A model generated the notes under the pieces. The model worked only from the letters and a program-made list of their open reading frames with translations. It made no database searches and was not told the origin of the DNA. Of a stretch of DNA of 64,000 nucleotides, positions 9,976 to 19,169 are shown piece by piece. The position numbers and the translations under genes were made by a program. Every line of letters starts with the position of its first letter. The first letter of the stretch is position 1. This DNA comes from an uncultured bacterium (lineage in GTDB: Bacteria; Patescibacteriota; JACMRA01), in contig OY969926.1 in NCBI GenBank assembly GCA_963704645.1, positions 1,124,491-1,188,490 of the forward strand, written 5' to 3'.

Positions 9976-10011
9976 CAAAAATTAAGAGTTCTAGCGTATT
10001 TACTAGAACTC
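9976..10011 (-). terminator. rho-independent terminator of small-ORF cassette B
   Basis: Perfect 9-bp stem GAGTTCTAG/CTAGAACTC plus a T-run on the minus strand. Near-identical to 9641-9677. Confidence 0.6.
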
Positions 10012-10021
10012 CTATTAGATA

Positions 10022-10261
10022 TTAAATTTGAGTATAACCCTCAGGTGGGTTCTCGTCTGGAATATGATCATGTCCAGCTAAACCTGAGTTTTTTACTGCA
10101 ACCAACCGAAAACAGTTTCCGATGTTTTTCGCCCAAAAAGTATGGACAGGAAAAAAGTACATCCAACTCTTCACTTCTTCAGTATAAGTTCCATCTTCAT
10201 TCGAGATGGCTTGCACTTGAATTTCTCGGTCGTTACTGCTAAAATTTCCATCAAATGACAT
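10022..10261 (-). CDS. small hypothetical protein, cassette B (79 aa, ends PPEGYTQI)
   Basis: Distant paralog of 9687-9899 with the same C-terminal motif. The upstream block TTGCCA-17 nt-TTTAAAT is shared with cassette A. Confidence 0.5.
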   Translation of the reverse strand: MSFDGNFSSNDREIQVQAISNEDGTYTEEVKSWMYFFPVHTFWAKNIGNCFRLVAVKNSGLAGHDHIPDENPPEGYTQI

Positions 10262-10583
10262 AAAATACTCTCCATCAAAATTTGATTTGGCTATTTATTT
10301 AAAGCACATAAAAACACATTTGGCAATAGTCTCATTATGACTTCCTAAAAATTAATAATAAAGATTTACATCGATTTTTTTCAATAATGTCATTAATAAT
10401 TAAATCAATATTGTTGTTCACTTTTTCAACATTTTCACTCTTTAGCCTCTGAACAAATCAGTAGTTATAAATCATTAGATCGAAGATATATATTAATTTC
10501 AACCATTGCGATTATTCTTGGTTTATCAGTCTCACAATTATTTACCATCAAAATCTCTAGTTTTTTTCCAGCTCTACCTTAAA

Positions 10584-10602
10584 CCCTGAAACAAGTTCAG
10601 GG
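10584..10602. repeat. hairpin CCCTGAA-ACAAG-TTCAGGG, inverted copy of 9571-9589
   Basis: Read directly. Together with 9571-9589 it brackets the 1-kb two-cassette segment. Confidence 0.7.
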
Positions 10603-10762
10603 GGCGCAGGCTTTGTAGTTCCCTGCTTAAAAAAGATAAAAATGTTCATAACTCCTAAAGTTATACTTAAAGCTAGACATTCCCCTGCCCTTTTGCCAAT
10701 AAATACCAATTAAGCTACAATTTTAACCGAACACAAACCAAAACAGATAGCAGTAAAATTTT

Positions 10763-12166
10763 ATGCGCCAAGCTAAACATACAAAAAAACATTTACACAA
10801 AAAACACAGACACCAGGCCAATTTAAATTCTAAAAAGTACGAACAAAATTTAAATTCCCAGACTAGTTTGTACAGCAAGTTGAAATCTATTATAGGCCGT
10901 TTTGGCCCAGGAATTATAACCGGTGCAAGCGATGATGACCCATCTGGAATTACCACATATTCTCAGGCTGGTGCCAGTTTTGGTTTTCAAACTTTGTGGA
11001 CTGTTGTTATTACCCTTCCATTAATGACTGCTGTTCAAGAAATGTGTGGCAGAATTGGACTGGTAACCAGCATGGGTTTAACCAAAGTTGTAAAAAAACA
11101 CTATCCAAAATGGGTAATTTACTTAATAGGGCTAGTAACCGTTCCTGCTATAATTTTAAACATAGCTGCAGATCTAGCTGGAATGGGAGCAGTTTCCAAC
11201 ATGCTTTTCCCGGCTATTCCAACTTGGGTTTTTACTATTTTGGCGGCTCTATCTATAATGTTTAGTCTAGTCTTATTTTCGTACAAAAAAATTGAAAATA
11301 TTTTGAAATGGTTAACTTTGGTTTTGCTGACATACTTAATTGTACCTTTCTTTATAACCCTAGATTGGGGCTATATTTTATACTCTATTGTTTCACCAAA
11401 AATACAATTTTCTAAGGAATATATTGCCATCATTGTAGGAATTTTAGGTACCACAATTTCACCATATTTATTTTTCTGGGAAGCCAGTATGGAAGTAGAA
11501 GAACACGAAGAAAAATATTCCAAAATTGGAGGTTTGGAGAAAAACACATTTGAAGCAAAGAGCGATGAAACTAATTTCGTAGAAGCTACAGTGGGCGAAG
11601 TTAAAACTATGCGTCAAGACAACGCTTTAGGAATGTTTCTTTCTAACTTTGTGATGTTCTTTATTATTTTAGTTACAGGTTCAGTACTATTTAACGGTGG
11701 AACTGGCGGTATTGACACAGTACAAGAAGCGGCAGCGGCACTAAAACCACTGGCAGGAGATTTTGCCTATTTACTATTTGCAGTTGGGGTAATTGGAACA
11801 GGTTTTTTGGCCATTCCAGTATTGGCTGGTGCTTGCGGCTATATTGTCTCAGAAATGTTTGATTGGCGTGAAGGCATGAACAACAAGTTTAAACAAGCCA
11901 GAGGTTTTTATGAAGTTATTTGTTTTTGTATTTTAATGGGATTAGGTTTAAACATTTCTGGTATTGACCCTATTCAAGGTATGATTTGGTCGGCTATAGT
12001 TTACGGAGTTACAGCGCCAATTTTAATTGGAATTATTATGCACATTGCTAACCGTGAAGACATTATGGGCAAATGGAAAAATGGTTGGCTGGTGAATATT
12101 TTAGGAGGTGCTGGGTTAGTTTTAATGACTGTGGCAGCTGTGGCTTTATTGGTGGTTGGGGTGTAA
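10763..12166 (+). CDS. NRAMP/SLC11-related transporter with a non-canonical metal site
   Basis: 467 aa with about 11 TM segments. GPGIITGASDDDPSGITTYSQAGASFGF aligns to the NRAMP TM1 block, but DPGN is replaced by DPSG. The TM6 MPH block is replaced by ISPY. Confidence 0.85.
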   Translation: MRQAKHTKKHLHKKHRHQANLNSKKYEQNLNSQTSLYSKLKSIIGRFGPGIITGASDDDPSGITTYSQAGASFGFQTLWTVVITLPLMTAVQEMCGRIGLVTSMGLTKVVKKHYPKWVIYLIGLVTVPAIILNIAADLAGMGAVSNMLFPAIPTWVFTILAALSIMFSLVLFSYKKIENILKWLTLVLLTYLIVPFFITLDWGYILYSIVSPKIQFSKEYIAIIVGILGTTISPYLFFWEASMEVEEHEEKYSKIGGLEKNTFEAKSDETNFVEATVGEVKTMRQDNALGMFLSNFVMFFIILVTGSVLFNGGTGGIDTVQEAAAALKPLAGDFAYLLFAVGVIGTGFLAIPVLAGACGYIVSEMFDWREGMNNKFKQARGFYEVICFCILMGLGLNISGIDPIQGMIWSAIVYGVTAPILIGIIMHIANREDIMGKWKNGWLVNILGGAGLVLMTVAAVALLVVGV

Positions 12167-12186
12167 AACAACCTAAATTTAAATAT

Positions 12187-13467
12187 ATGAGTTCAACTGT
12201 TGAAAGTTTTGCGACATCAAAAAATCAGATTAGCAATTACAAAAATGTTCCACCAAATGAAGAAAAGGTTGAACGGGTGGAAAAATTTATTGCAAGATTA
12301 CCTTTAAACGGAGAAGGGAATATTAATTTATATTTACTTGCTGTTGCAGTTTTGGATTATTCAATAAATGCTTCAGTTGAAGAAATTTACGAAGCATTGT
12401 TAAATGTTGGTGGAAATATTGTTTTTACAAAAGTTAAAGTTGAAAAAGGTATTTCATTAATAAAAGGGCAAGAGGAAAGAGTTAAATTGCAAAAAATTGA
12501 AAATCTTAGGAATTTTCTGAGCCAAATAATTTATCTAAATGGAAAAGGTGCAAAATTGGAATTAGTTAAAAGAAATACAGTTGAGGATATTAAATCAAAA
12601 GAACAGACTGAAGGGGAAATACTATTTAATGATTTTGTAGATTTTGCAATTAAAAACTCTGAGGAAATTATTGATACTTGTATAAGTAATGATGAAGAAG
12701 AGTTAGTTGTAAGCCGAGATTTAATTTCAGATTATTTTTATGATAATTTCTATTCTTCTAGTCCAGATCAAAACTTAGAAGTTTCAAAAGAAAAACAACT
12801 AGAATATAGACGTTTGGCCGATAAAGCCCAAGAAATTAATTCTCACATAGAGTATGATGAACGAGGCTGGTATAAAATTAAAGGTGGTAAATTGTATGAA
12901 TACAAAGAAGATGTTATTGGCAGAGTTTATTTTAACGTAGACCCCATGTTTGGGCCCAAGTTATTAAACCAATTGCAAGTTTTATTAAGCCAAAGAGTTT
13001 CTACTTTTCAAGCTAAAATTCCAGAAAGCTATGAAGATAGAAAAGATAACTGCGTATTATATTTTACCAAACAAGATCAAGCAGTAGTACTTGAAATAGT
13101 TAACCAGATTGCAACAAGTAATCAATTTATATTTAGAAATGAACTAGGGAAAGGTCAGAAAAAAATTTTAAAAGGAATTGGTTTTGCCCAAGATGCAACT
13201 GAAGGACCAAGTAAAGATTTTAGGTATTATGAAACGAACAATGATAATATTACTTCTTTTGGTGGAAAACTATCTTTCATTTTTGGCGTAGTATTTAAAG
13301 CAGTAATAGCAAGGCAGCTGGATTGGCAAAAAGATAAGGAAACTATAAAAGAACTGTATAACAAGATTTGTAAAATTCATAATGTTGACCCTAAAGACCC
13401 AGCTTTTCATATACAAGACAACAATTTTGAAACAATAAGAAATTTTGCAGAACAAAACACAGCTTAA
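12187..13467 (+). CDS. hypothetical protein (426 aa)
   Basis: The ORF track starts at 12073 inside the upstream transporter gene. The first ATG after that gene's stop is 12187 (MSSTVESF...). I could not place the family confidently. Confidence 0.7.
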   Translation: MSSTVESFATSKNQISNYKNVPPNEEKVERVEKFIARLPLNGEGNINLYLLAVAVLDYSINASVEEIYEALLNVGGNIVFTKVKVEKGISLIKGQEERVKLQKIENLRNFLSQIIYLNGKGAKLELVKRNTVEDIKSKEQTEGEILFNDFVDFAIKNSEEIIDTCISNDEEELVVSRDLISDYFYDNFYSSSPDQNLEVSKEKQLEYRRLADKAQEINSHIEYDERGWYKIKGGKLYEYKEDVIGRVYFNVDPMFGPKLLNQLQVLLSQRVSTFQAKIPESYEDRKDNCVLYFTKQDQAVVLEIVNQIATSNQFIFRNELGKGQKKILKGIGFAQDATEGPSKDFRYYETNNDNITSFGGKLSFIFGVVFKAVIARQLDWQKDKETIKELYNKICKIHNVDPKDPAFHIQDNNFETIRNFAEQNTA

Positions 13468-13483
13468 TTCCCCCAACAACAAA

Positions 13484-13507
13484 GGCGATGATTAACATCG
13501 CCCCTAC
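13484..13507 (-). repeat. GTAG-hairpin (REP-like) unit GTAGGGGCGATG-TTAAT-CATCGCC between convergent genes; probably also a terminator
   Basis: 7-bp stem at 13484-13490 / 13496-13502. The complement of GTAGG lies at 13503-13507. A T-run follows on the + strand. Confidence 0.6.
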
Positions 13508-13526
13508 CCTAATTTTTAGAAATAAA

Positions 13527-14081
13527 TTAGCTGTTAGACTTTAAGTATTCTAAAATTGTGTCTGCATCGGAAATTTCGAATGGATCTGTTGGACAGTCAT
13601 CAGAAAAACCTGGCTCTATGAACATTTTTGTAATTGTTCCATCTTCAACAACCATGGAGTATCTCCAAGATCTGTCACCAAAACCTAGATTGTTCTTTTT
13701 AACCAACATTCCCATTCCTCTTGTAAAATCTGCATTTCCATCTGGAAGTAAGAAAATGTTATTCACACCTTGTGCCTTTCCCCATTGGAACATTACGAAA
13801 GCATCGTTTACACTTAAACAAATTACTTCATCAACACCTAAGTCTTTGAAAGCTTGGTAATTGTTTTCATAACCTGGTAAATGTGTGCTGGAACATGTCG
13901 GTGTGAAGGCACCTGGTAAAGAGAATAAAACAATTTTCTTTCCTGCAAAAACATCGTTAGTAGATAAATCTTTCCAACTAAATTTGTTTGGACCTTCGGC
14001 ATTTTCATCGCGTACACGGGTTTTAAAAGTTACTTGTGGCACTTTCTGGCCTTCAATATTTTTGTGATCTGAACTGGACAT
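13527..14081 (-). CDS. peroxiredoxin, Prx5-like (AhpC/TSA family)
   Basis: Active-site context LPGAFTPTCS. 184 aa. Typical Prx5 length and layout. Confidence 0.9.
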   Translation of the reverse strand: MSSSDHKNIEGQKVPQVTFKTRVRDENAEGPNKFSWKDLSTNDVFAGKKIVLFSLPGAFTPTCSSTHLPGYENNYQAFKDLGVDEVICLSVNDAFVMFQWGKAQGVNNIFLLPDGNADFTRGMGMLVKKNNLGFGDRSWRYSMVVEDGTITKMFIEPGFSDDCPTDPFEISDADTILEYLKSNS

Positions 14082-14248
14082 ATATTTTAAATTTAATTTT
14101 TAATGGCAATTTCTTACCTAATTAATTAACATTTTAGAGGCACTTTTTGTCAAAGAATTTACCCTATCTATACAGAGCAGTCCAAACTTTGAATATTAAA
14201 AAATATAGACGTTTAGGCTTTTTACACTAATATTATTCTTGTACATTT

Positions 14249-14644
14249 ATGGAGAATTTTATAAAAAACTTTACAAACTGGTTTAGTTTAAAACCTGAGT
14301 TAGAATTCTTAAAAAGTTCTAAAAATTTTAATGAAAGAGAAATTTGGTGGACACATTTAGGCAGCAACTTAGGTTTTGAAATTGATGGTAAAACCTTACA
14401 ATACACCAGGCCAGCACTGATACTTAAAAAAATTTCTACCCAAACAGCATTAATACTTCCGCTTACCTCAAAAGACAAGAATGGAAGTTGGTACATTCCA
14501 ATAATTGTAGATGAAAAAGAAGGAAGAGTAATTCTTTCTCAAAGCCGAACTATAGATAGTAAAAGATTAAAATCCAGACTTGTGACTATTAATGAAAGAG
14601 AATTTAAAAATATAAAAGAAAAATTTATTCAATTTATTGGGTAA
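14249..14644 (+). CDS. PemK/MazF-family toxin-like protein with N-terminal extension, no adjacent antitoxin ORF
   Basis: REIWWTHLGSNLGFEIDGK...RPALIL...LPLTS...ILSQSRTIDSKRL matches the MazF/PemK fold pattern. Paralog of 19210-19605. Confidence 0.75.
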   Translation: MENFIKNFTNWFSLKPELEFLKSSKNFNEREIWWTHLGSNLGFEIDGKTLQYTRPALILKKISTQTALILPLTSKDKNGSWYIPIIVDEKEGRVILSQSRTIDSKRLKSRLVTINEREFKNIKEKFIQFIG

Positions 14645-14690
14645 AAATTGTCCTCCCATTTCTGGGAGGTTAGCGACTGACGTCGAAATT
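14643..14690 (-). ncRNA. candidate ~45-nt convergent small RNA ending in a GAAA-loop hairpin and T5 run overlapping the MazF stop codon
   Basis: Predicted only. It lies downstream of the promoter at 14725-14697. The stem is 14663-14669 / 14652-14658. The arrangement is duplicated at 19170-19218 with a compensatory stem change. Confidence 0.3.
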
Positions 14691-14696
14691 ACTATG

Positions 14697-14725
14697 ATAA
14701 TAATACTTACCATGACTTTTGTCAA
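14697..14725 (-). promoter_or_regulatory. sigma70-like promoter pointing toward the 3' end of the MazF-like gene
   Basis: On the minus strand: TTGACA (14725-14720), 17-nt spacer, TATTAT (14702-14697). Confidence 0.45.
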
Positions 14726-14959
14726 TTATGTATCCTTACTTTCCAATTTTATTTTCCCAATAAAATAACACAAAGGTAAACATTATCATGTTTCAGAATT
14801 ACAGTAACACCCTGATAAAGAAATATCAAGAAGAATTTTTACAACAAGTTAGTAGGTTTAAATCTTTTTGATTAATTTTCAACTGAAATAATTGCTAGAT
14901 AATAACTAAAATGTACAACCAGAGCAAACAAAGCCTTCAAATTATTTTGCTGAAAATAA

Positions 14960-16048
14960 CTACCCCGCCAAATTCTTAAGGTGGAACTTATTATAAGCCC
15001 AAGAGCCAAGCAATATTAGAAATACTGACGAGCCCATCAAAACTAATAGCTCTGGAATAATATCGCCCAAACCTTTGTTGAATTGCAAAACTTTTCTAAA
15101 AGCTTCTGTTGCATAAGCACTTGGAACTAGGCTGGTTAAACTTGGACCGCCAAAAATTTTAATCTCTGGAAAAGCCACGAAAGCTCCAGACAAAAAACCC
15201 AGAATTACCGAGGCCAGGGTTCCTATATTAGCTGCCAAATTGTCGTTTTTAAAGCTAGAAACTATAACCATGCCAAGACCAACTGTGAACAAATTAGTAG
15301 GAATTGAAACCAATAAAGCCAAGCTTAATGCCGACCAACTAGCTGAATAACCAAAAACTAGAACAGCCCCAAAAAGCAAAATGGTTTGAAACAAAGCTAT
15401 AACAGATTGACTTAATAAATGCCCAACAATTATCTGCCAACTTTGAACTTTGGCTGTAAAATACCTAAATGTATAATTTCGCCTAATTTCGTTGCTCATT
15501 TGGAAAATTATTTGAGGTAGTAAATTTAAAATTCCGTAAACAATTAAACCAGGAACAAGATAAGTAAAGGCCGTGGTTTTTTCAGAATTACTTACAGTAG
15601 AAACAACTTCTAATTTAGATTCATTTTGATAGAAAAACTGATTAGAATAACTGGAAATAATGCCAATAACAGCATTACTTTTAACACTGTAGGTATTGGC
15701 GTAAACTTTAACTTTAGGCTGTGTAGAAAATTCTAGGAAGGCGTCCAACTTACCATCTTGCACCTTACTTTTACCTTCTTCCAAATTAGCAATTTCAGAG
15801 ATTTCAAACTGGGAAACATTTTTAGGAGTTTTAATATTTTGCAATTCTTTAATAAAACTAGTCTGATACAAAGCCGAAGAATTTGATGAATAAGCTATTT
15901 TAAAAACCTGCTCACTGCTATTGGTGTTGAAAACCAAGGCAAATATTCCAATAAATACCACTGGTAAAATGAACACAATGGACCAGCTTTTAATGTCACG
16001 TAAAATATATAGCAGGTTTTTTTTAGCAATTGATAATGTTTTATTCAT
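14960..16048 (-). CDS. ABC-2 type transporter permease
   Basis: N-terminal TM, large extracytoplasmic loop, then a cluster of 5 TM segments. It lies immediately downstream of the ABC ATPase gene. Confidence 0.8.
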   Translation of the reverse strand: MNKTLSIAKKNLLYILRDIKSWSIVFILPVVFIGIFALVFNTNSSEQVFKIAYSSNSSALYQTSFIKELQNIKTPKNVSQFEISEIANLEEGKSKVQDGKLDAFLEFSTQPKVKVYANTYSVKSNAVIGIISSYSNQFFYQNESKLEVVSTVSNSEKTTAFTYLVPGLIVYGILNLLPQIIFQMSNEIRRNYTFRYFTAKVQSWQIIVGHLLSQSVIALFQTILLFGAVLVFGYSASWSALSLALLVSIPTNLFTVGLGMVIVSSFKNDNLAANIGTLASVILGFLSGAFVAFPEIKIFGGPSLTSLVPSAYATEAFRKVLQFNKGLGDIIPELLVLMGSSVFLILLGSWAYNKFHLKNLAG

Positions 16049-16069
16049 AAGTATTTTATGTAAAAAGTT

Positions 16070-17008
16070 TTATTCACGAATTTCTTTACCGGTAAGAATT
16101 AAGAAAATATCTTCCAAGGAAGGTTCTCTCATTTCCAAGTTATTAGTTTGAACATTTAAATTCGCTAGGGCAGGAAGTAATTCTTGCAACACAAAATTCG
16201 AATTTTTAGCCAGTAAACTAAAGCCTTTCTCTGAAAAAATAGCGGTTGGGAAAAGTAATTCTAAACCTAATATTTGTTCAGAATTTAAGCTATCTACTTT
16301 TACTTCAAGCAAAGTTCCGTTGCCATATTTTTCTTTTAATTCATCAACTGTGCCTTCAGCAATAATTAAACCATCATCTATAATAACTACATAATCACAT
16401 AGTTTTTCTGCCTCTTCCAAATAGTGATCGGTTAAAATTACAGCCTTGTTTTGGTTTTTTAAGTTTTTAATGAAGTCCCATAAAAATATTCTAGATTGAG
16501 GGTCAATTCCCGGTGAAGGCTCGTCTAAAAATACCATACTTGGATTATGAATAATAGAAATGGCTAAGTTTAACCTTCTTTTATATCCCCCAGAAAGATT
16601 TATTGCCAAAGTATTCAATTCCGATTGTAGGTTTAGGCCAGCAATTAAAATATCTGTATTTTCTTTAATTTGTTGTTTGCTCATACCCTGTAAAGACCCT
16701 GTAAATAAAAGGTTTTCGTGCAAAGTTAATTTATCCCAAATTACAATTTCTTGAGGCATAACACCTATTTTGCTTCTAAAATTACTTGGAACAAATTTAA
16801 AGGTTTCTCCTTCAATTTCAATCTCTCCAGAAGTTGGCGTAATTTGCCCTGAAAGCATTTTAATTATTGTAGATTTACCAGATCCGTTTGGACCAAGCAA
16901 TCCCAGAATTTGTCCTTGTCTAATTTGTAAACTAACATTTTTCACTGCTAGCTTAGAATTTTTGCCATCATTAAAACTTCTACTTAAATTGCGGGCATTT
17001 ATTTGCAT
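16070..17008 (-). CDS. ABC transporter ATP-binding protein
   Basis: Walker A GPNGSGKST, signature LSGGYKRRL, Walker B VFLDEP. Confidence 0.92.
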   Translation of the reverse strand: MQINARNLSRSFNDGKNSKLAVKNVSLQIRQGQILGLLGPNGSGKSTIIKMLSGQITPTSGEIEIEGETFKFVPSNFRSKIGVMPQEIVIWDKLTLHENLLFTGSLQGMSKQQIKENTDILIAGLNLQSELNTLAINLSGGYKRRLNLAISIIHNPSMVFLDEPSPGIDPQSRIFLWDFIKNLKNQNKAVILTDHYLEEAEKLCDYVVIIDDGLIIAEGTVDELKEKYGNGTLLEVKVDSLNSEQILGLELLFPTAIFSEKGFSLLAKNSNFVLQELLPALANLNVQTNNLEMREPSLEDIFLILTGKEIRE

Positions 17009-17058
17009 AAAGCCACTAACAATAGTTTTGAATTATTTGTAAACCCAACTTTAAAAGA

Positions 17059-17622
17059 TTATTCTGGTTTTGGTGCAGGTGCTTTGATGGTTTCATTAAC
17101 CGGCTTATAATTTTGTAAACCTGCAGGAACTGGAGCATCAATAGTTGAACCAGGAGGGTTAACTTTTATTGAAATATTATTATTTAGATTCACTTGCTCA
17201 TCTTTACTAAGTTCAACATTAAGATTGCCTTGTATTGGAAGCGGCACAACTTGTTGAGTACAGGTTTGAGCTTCAGAACTAGGAAGTTTGGAATCTAAAT
17301 TTAAAGTTAAAATAATTTTATCACCTAGCTTAGCTAAATTGTAAGATTTCAAAGATACACAGCCATTTTGGCCATAAACTTTACCGTTATAACTGATTGA
17401 TTTACTTTGGGTTGAATATTTAAAAAATATATCTTCCTTCTTAACATCTATCTGTACGTTTTCAGTTTTGCTAGCTGCTGTTTTGGGTTGGGTAAAAGTA
17501 TAGTATGCAAACAAACCACATACCAACAATATTACACCAAGAATTACTAAAATAATTGTTGTTCTATTACGCCCTGTAATTAAACTAGCCTGATTGTTAA
17601 AATTTGGGGTTAAAATATTCAT
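17059..17622 (-). CDS. membrane-anchored hypothetical protein
   Basis: Single N-terminal TM (TIILVILGVILLVCGLFAYYTF). Same strand as the ABC pair, just upstream of it. Confidence 0.65.
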   Translation of the reverse strand: MNILTPNFNNQASLITGRNRTTIILVILGVILLVCGLFAYYTFTQPKTAASKTENVQIDVKKEDIFFKYSTQSKSISYNGKVYGQNGCVSLKSYNLAKLGDKIILTLNLDSKLPSSEAQTCTQQVVPLPIQGNLNVELSKDEQVNLNNNISIKVNPPGSTIDAPVPAGLQNYKPVNETIKAPAPKPE

Positions 17623-17805
17623 ATTAAAGTTTTCTGCAATTGTTATTAGAGATTAATTTATGTTAGTTTAATATAGTTTCTTTAAATAAGCAAACAATTC
17701 AGGAGCAAGGATAATATTTCGTAATTCTCTAAATGTGTGTTCCATAAATGCTTATCATAAAGATGAAAAAATAACTACTAAAAAATATTCGCTGGAAGCT
17801 GTTAT

Positions 17806-19074
17806 TTATAATATATTTTCACGAACCTCATTTACCATTTGCATTTCTTCATTTGTAGGAATAATCCAAACTTGTATTGTAGAATTTTCGGAAGAAATTT
17901 TGACTGAACTTTTACATTCATCAGAATTTGCATTAACTTGAAGGTCTAAATTAAGCCCAAGAAAAGCAAATCTTTCACAAATTTTTTGACGAATTAAATG
18001 CGAACCTTCCCCAACTGCTCCACTAAATATTATAGCTTCAGCACCATCTAAAACCGATATATAAGCTCCTAACTTCTCTATAATTCTTTCCACAAAAAAG
18101 TCTAAAGCAAATTTAGCCTGCGGTTTAATATTATAGTCTTGAATGATAGTAACTAAATTGCTAGTATAACCCGATATTCCTAAAATACCAGATTTTTTAT
18201 TTAAAATTGTAGCTGTTTCCTGCCAGCTTAGGTTTTCAGCTTGATTATAAAAACTTAAAGCTTCCAAATTTACTTCCCCAGAACGTGTTCCCATTGGCAA
18301 ACCTTCGTTCGGGCTAAAACCCATGCTAGTTTGATAACTTTCACCATCTTTTATAGCGCAAAGGCTAGAACCACTTCCAAGATGTAAAGTAACAATTTTG
18401 CCCTTAGACAATCCATTATTTTTACTTAATGTTTTCTCGCTCGAGACATCGCTAACACCCTTGGCGGATACTAGCTGATCTACCAAGTTACCACTAAACT
18501 TGTTCTTGTAATATGTCTGCGATAGATATTTGTGGGAAAGTCCGTGAAACCCGAAGCGTTTTATTCCGCACTCTTTATAAGCTTTAATGGGAAGAGCGTA
18601 AATCTGATTAATTTCTGGTAAACTAGTGTGAAAAGCAGTATCAAAAACTGCTATTTGTTTAAGTTTGGTGAAGTTTTTTTGTAATAGTTTAATTTCAGCT
18701 ATAGCTGGCGGATTATGTAACGGAGCAATTTGATTTAACTTTTCCAATTCAACAATTACATTTTCATCAATTTGGGTTGAATTAGTAAATTTATTTCCCC
18801 CGTGAACAATTCTATGAATAACCGTTAATTCTAAAAAATTATCTACAATTTTTAATTCTTGAATTAAATTTAGAACTAAAATAGAACCTTCTAAATATTG
18901 CGATGAAGAAAGAGGGCGAGTTTCAACTTTATTATTAAAAGTAAACACAAACTGATACTCATTGGCCATGTAATTAGTTAATTTGCCAAACAGAATTGGA
19001 GAGTTGGAATTAGTAGGATAAAGGCTAAATTTTAAAGAAGAAGATCCTTTGTTTAAAGCTAAATAGTTGGGCAT
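17806..19074 (-). CDS. ackA: acetate kinase
   Basis: N-terminal ALNKGSSSLKFSLY, HRIVHGG and HLGSGSS motifs. It carries a ~30-aa insertion before HLGSGSS. Confidence 0.9.
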   Translation of the reverse strand: MPNYLALNKGSSSLKFSLYPTNSNSPILFGKLTNYMANEYQFVFTFNNKVETRPLSSSQYLEGSILVLNLIQELKIVDNFLELTVIHRIVHGGNKFTNSTQIDENVIVELEKLNQIAPLHNPPAIAEIKLLQKNFTKLKQIAVFDTAFHTSLPEINQIYALPIKAYKECGIKRFGFHGLSHKYLSQTYYKNKFSGNLVDQLVSAKGVSDVSSEKTLSKNNGLSKGKIVTLHLGSGSSLCAIKDGESYQTSMGFSPNEGLPMGTRSGEVNLEALSFYNQAENLSWQETATILNKKSGILGISGYTSNLVTIIQDYNIKPQAKFALDFFVERIIEKLGAYISVLDGAEAIIFSGAVGEGSHLIRQKICERFAFLGLNLDLQVNANSDECKSSVKISSENSTIQVWIIPTNEEMQMVNEVRENIL

Positions 19075-19134
19075 AGGTTGATTTTAATGAAGTGTATAAG
19101 TCTGAGCTTGAATTTGTAACTAAATTAAATAGTG

Positions 19135-19163
19135 TTGACATAAATTATAACAAATGTTCTAAT
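19135..19163 (+). promoter_or_regulatory. sigma70-like promoter pointing toward the 3' end of the second MazF-like gene
   Basis: TTGACA (19135-19140), 17-nt spacer, TCTAAT (19158-19163). Confidence 0.4.
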
Positions 19164-19169
19164 TAGCTT

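Noticed and set aside
10262-10583. A possible third, decayed small-ORF cassette between cassette B and the right-hand hairpin.
   Set aside because: No ORF is open, and I could find no copy of the conserved terminator or C-terminal PPxGYTxI coding block in either orientation.
12073-12186. The longer ORF-track start for the 464-aa protein, which overlaps the 3' end of the NRAMP-like gene by 94 nt.
   Set aside because: The extension is an out-of-frame reading of the transporter's last TM helix. The first ATG after the transporter stop (12187) gives a sensible N-terminus.
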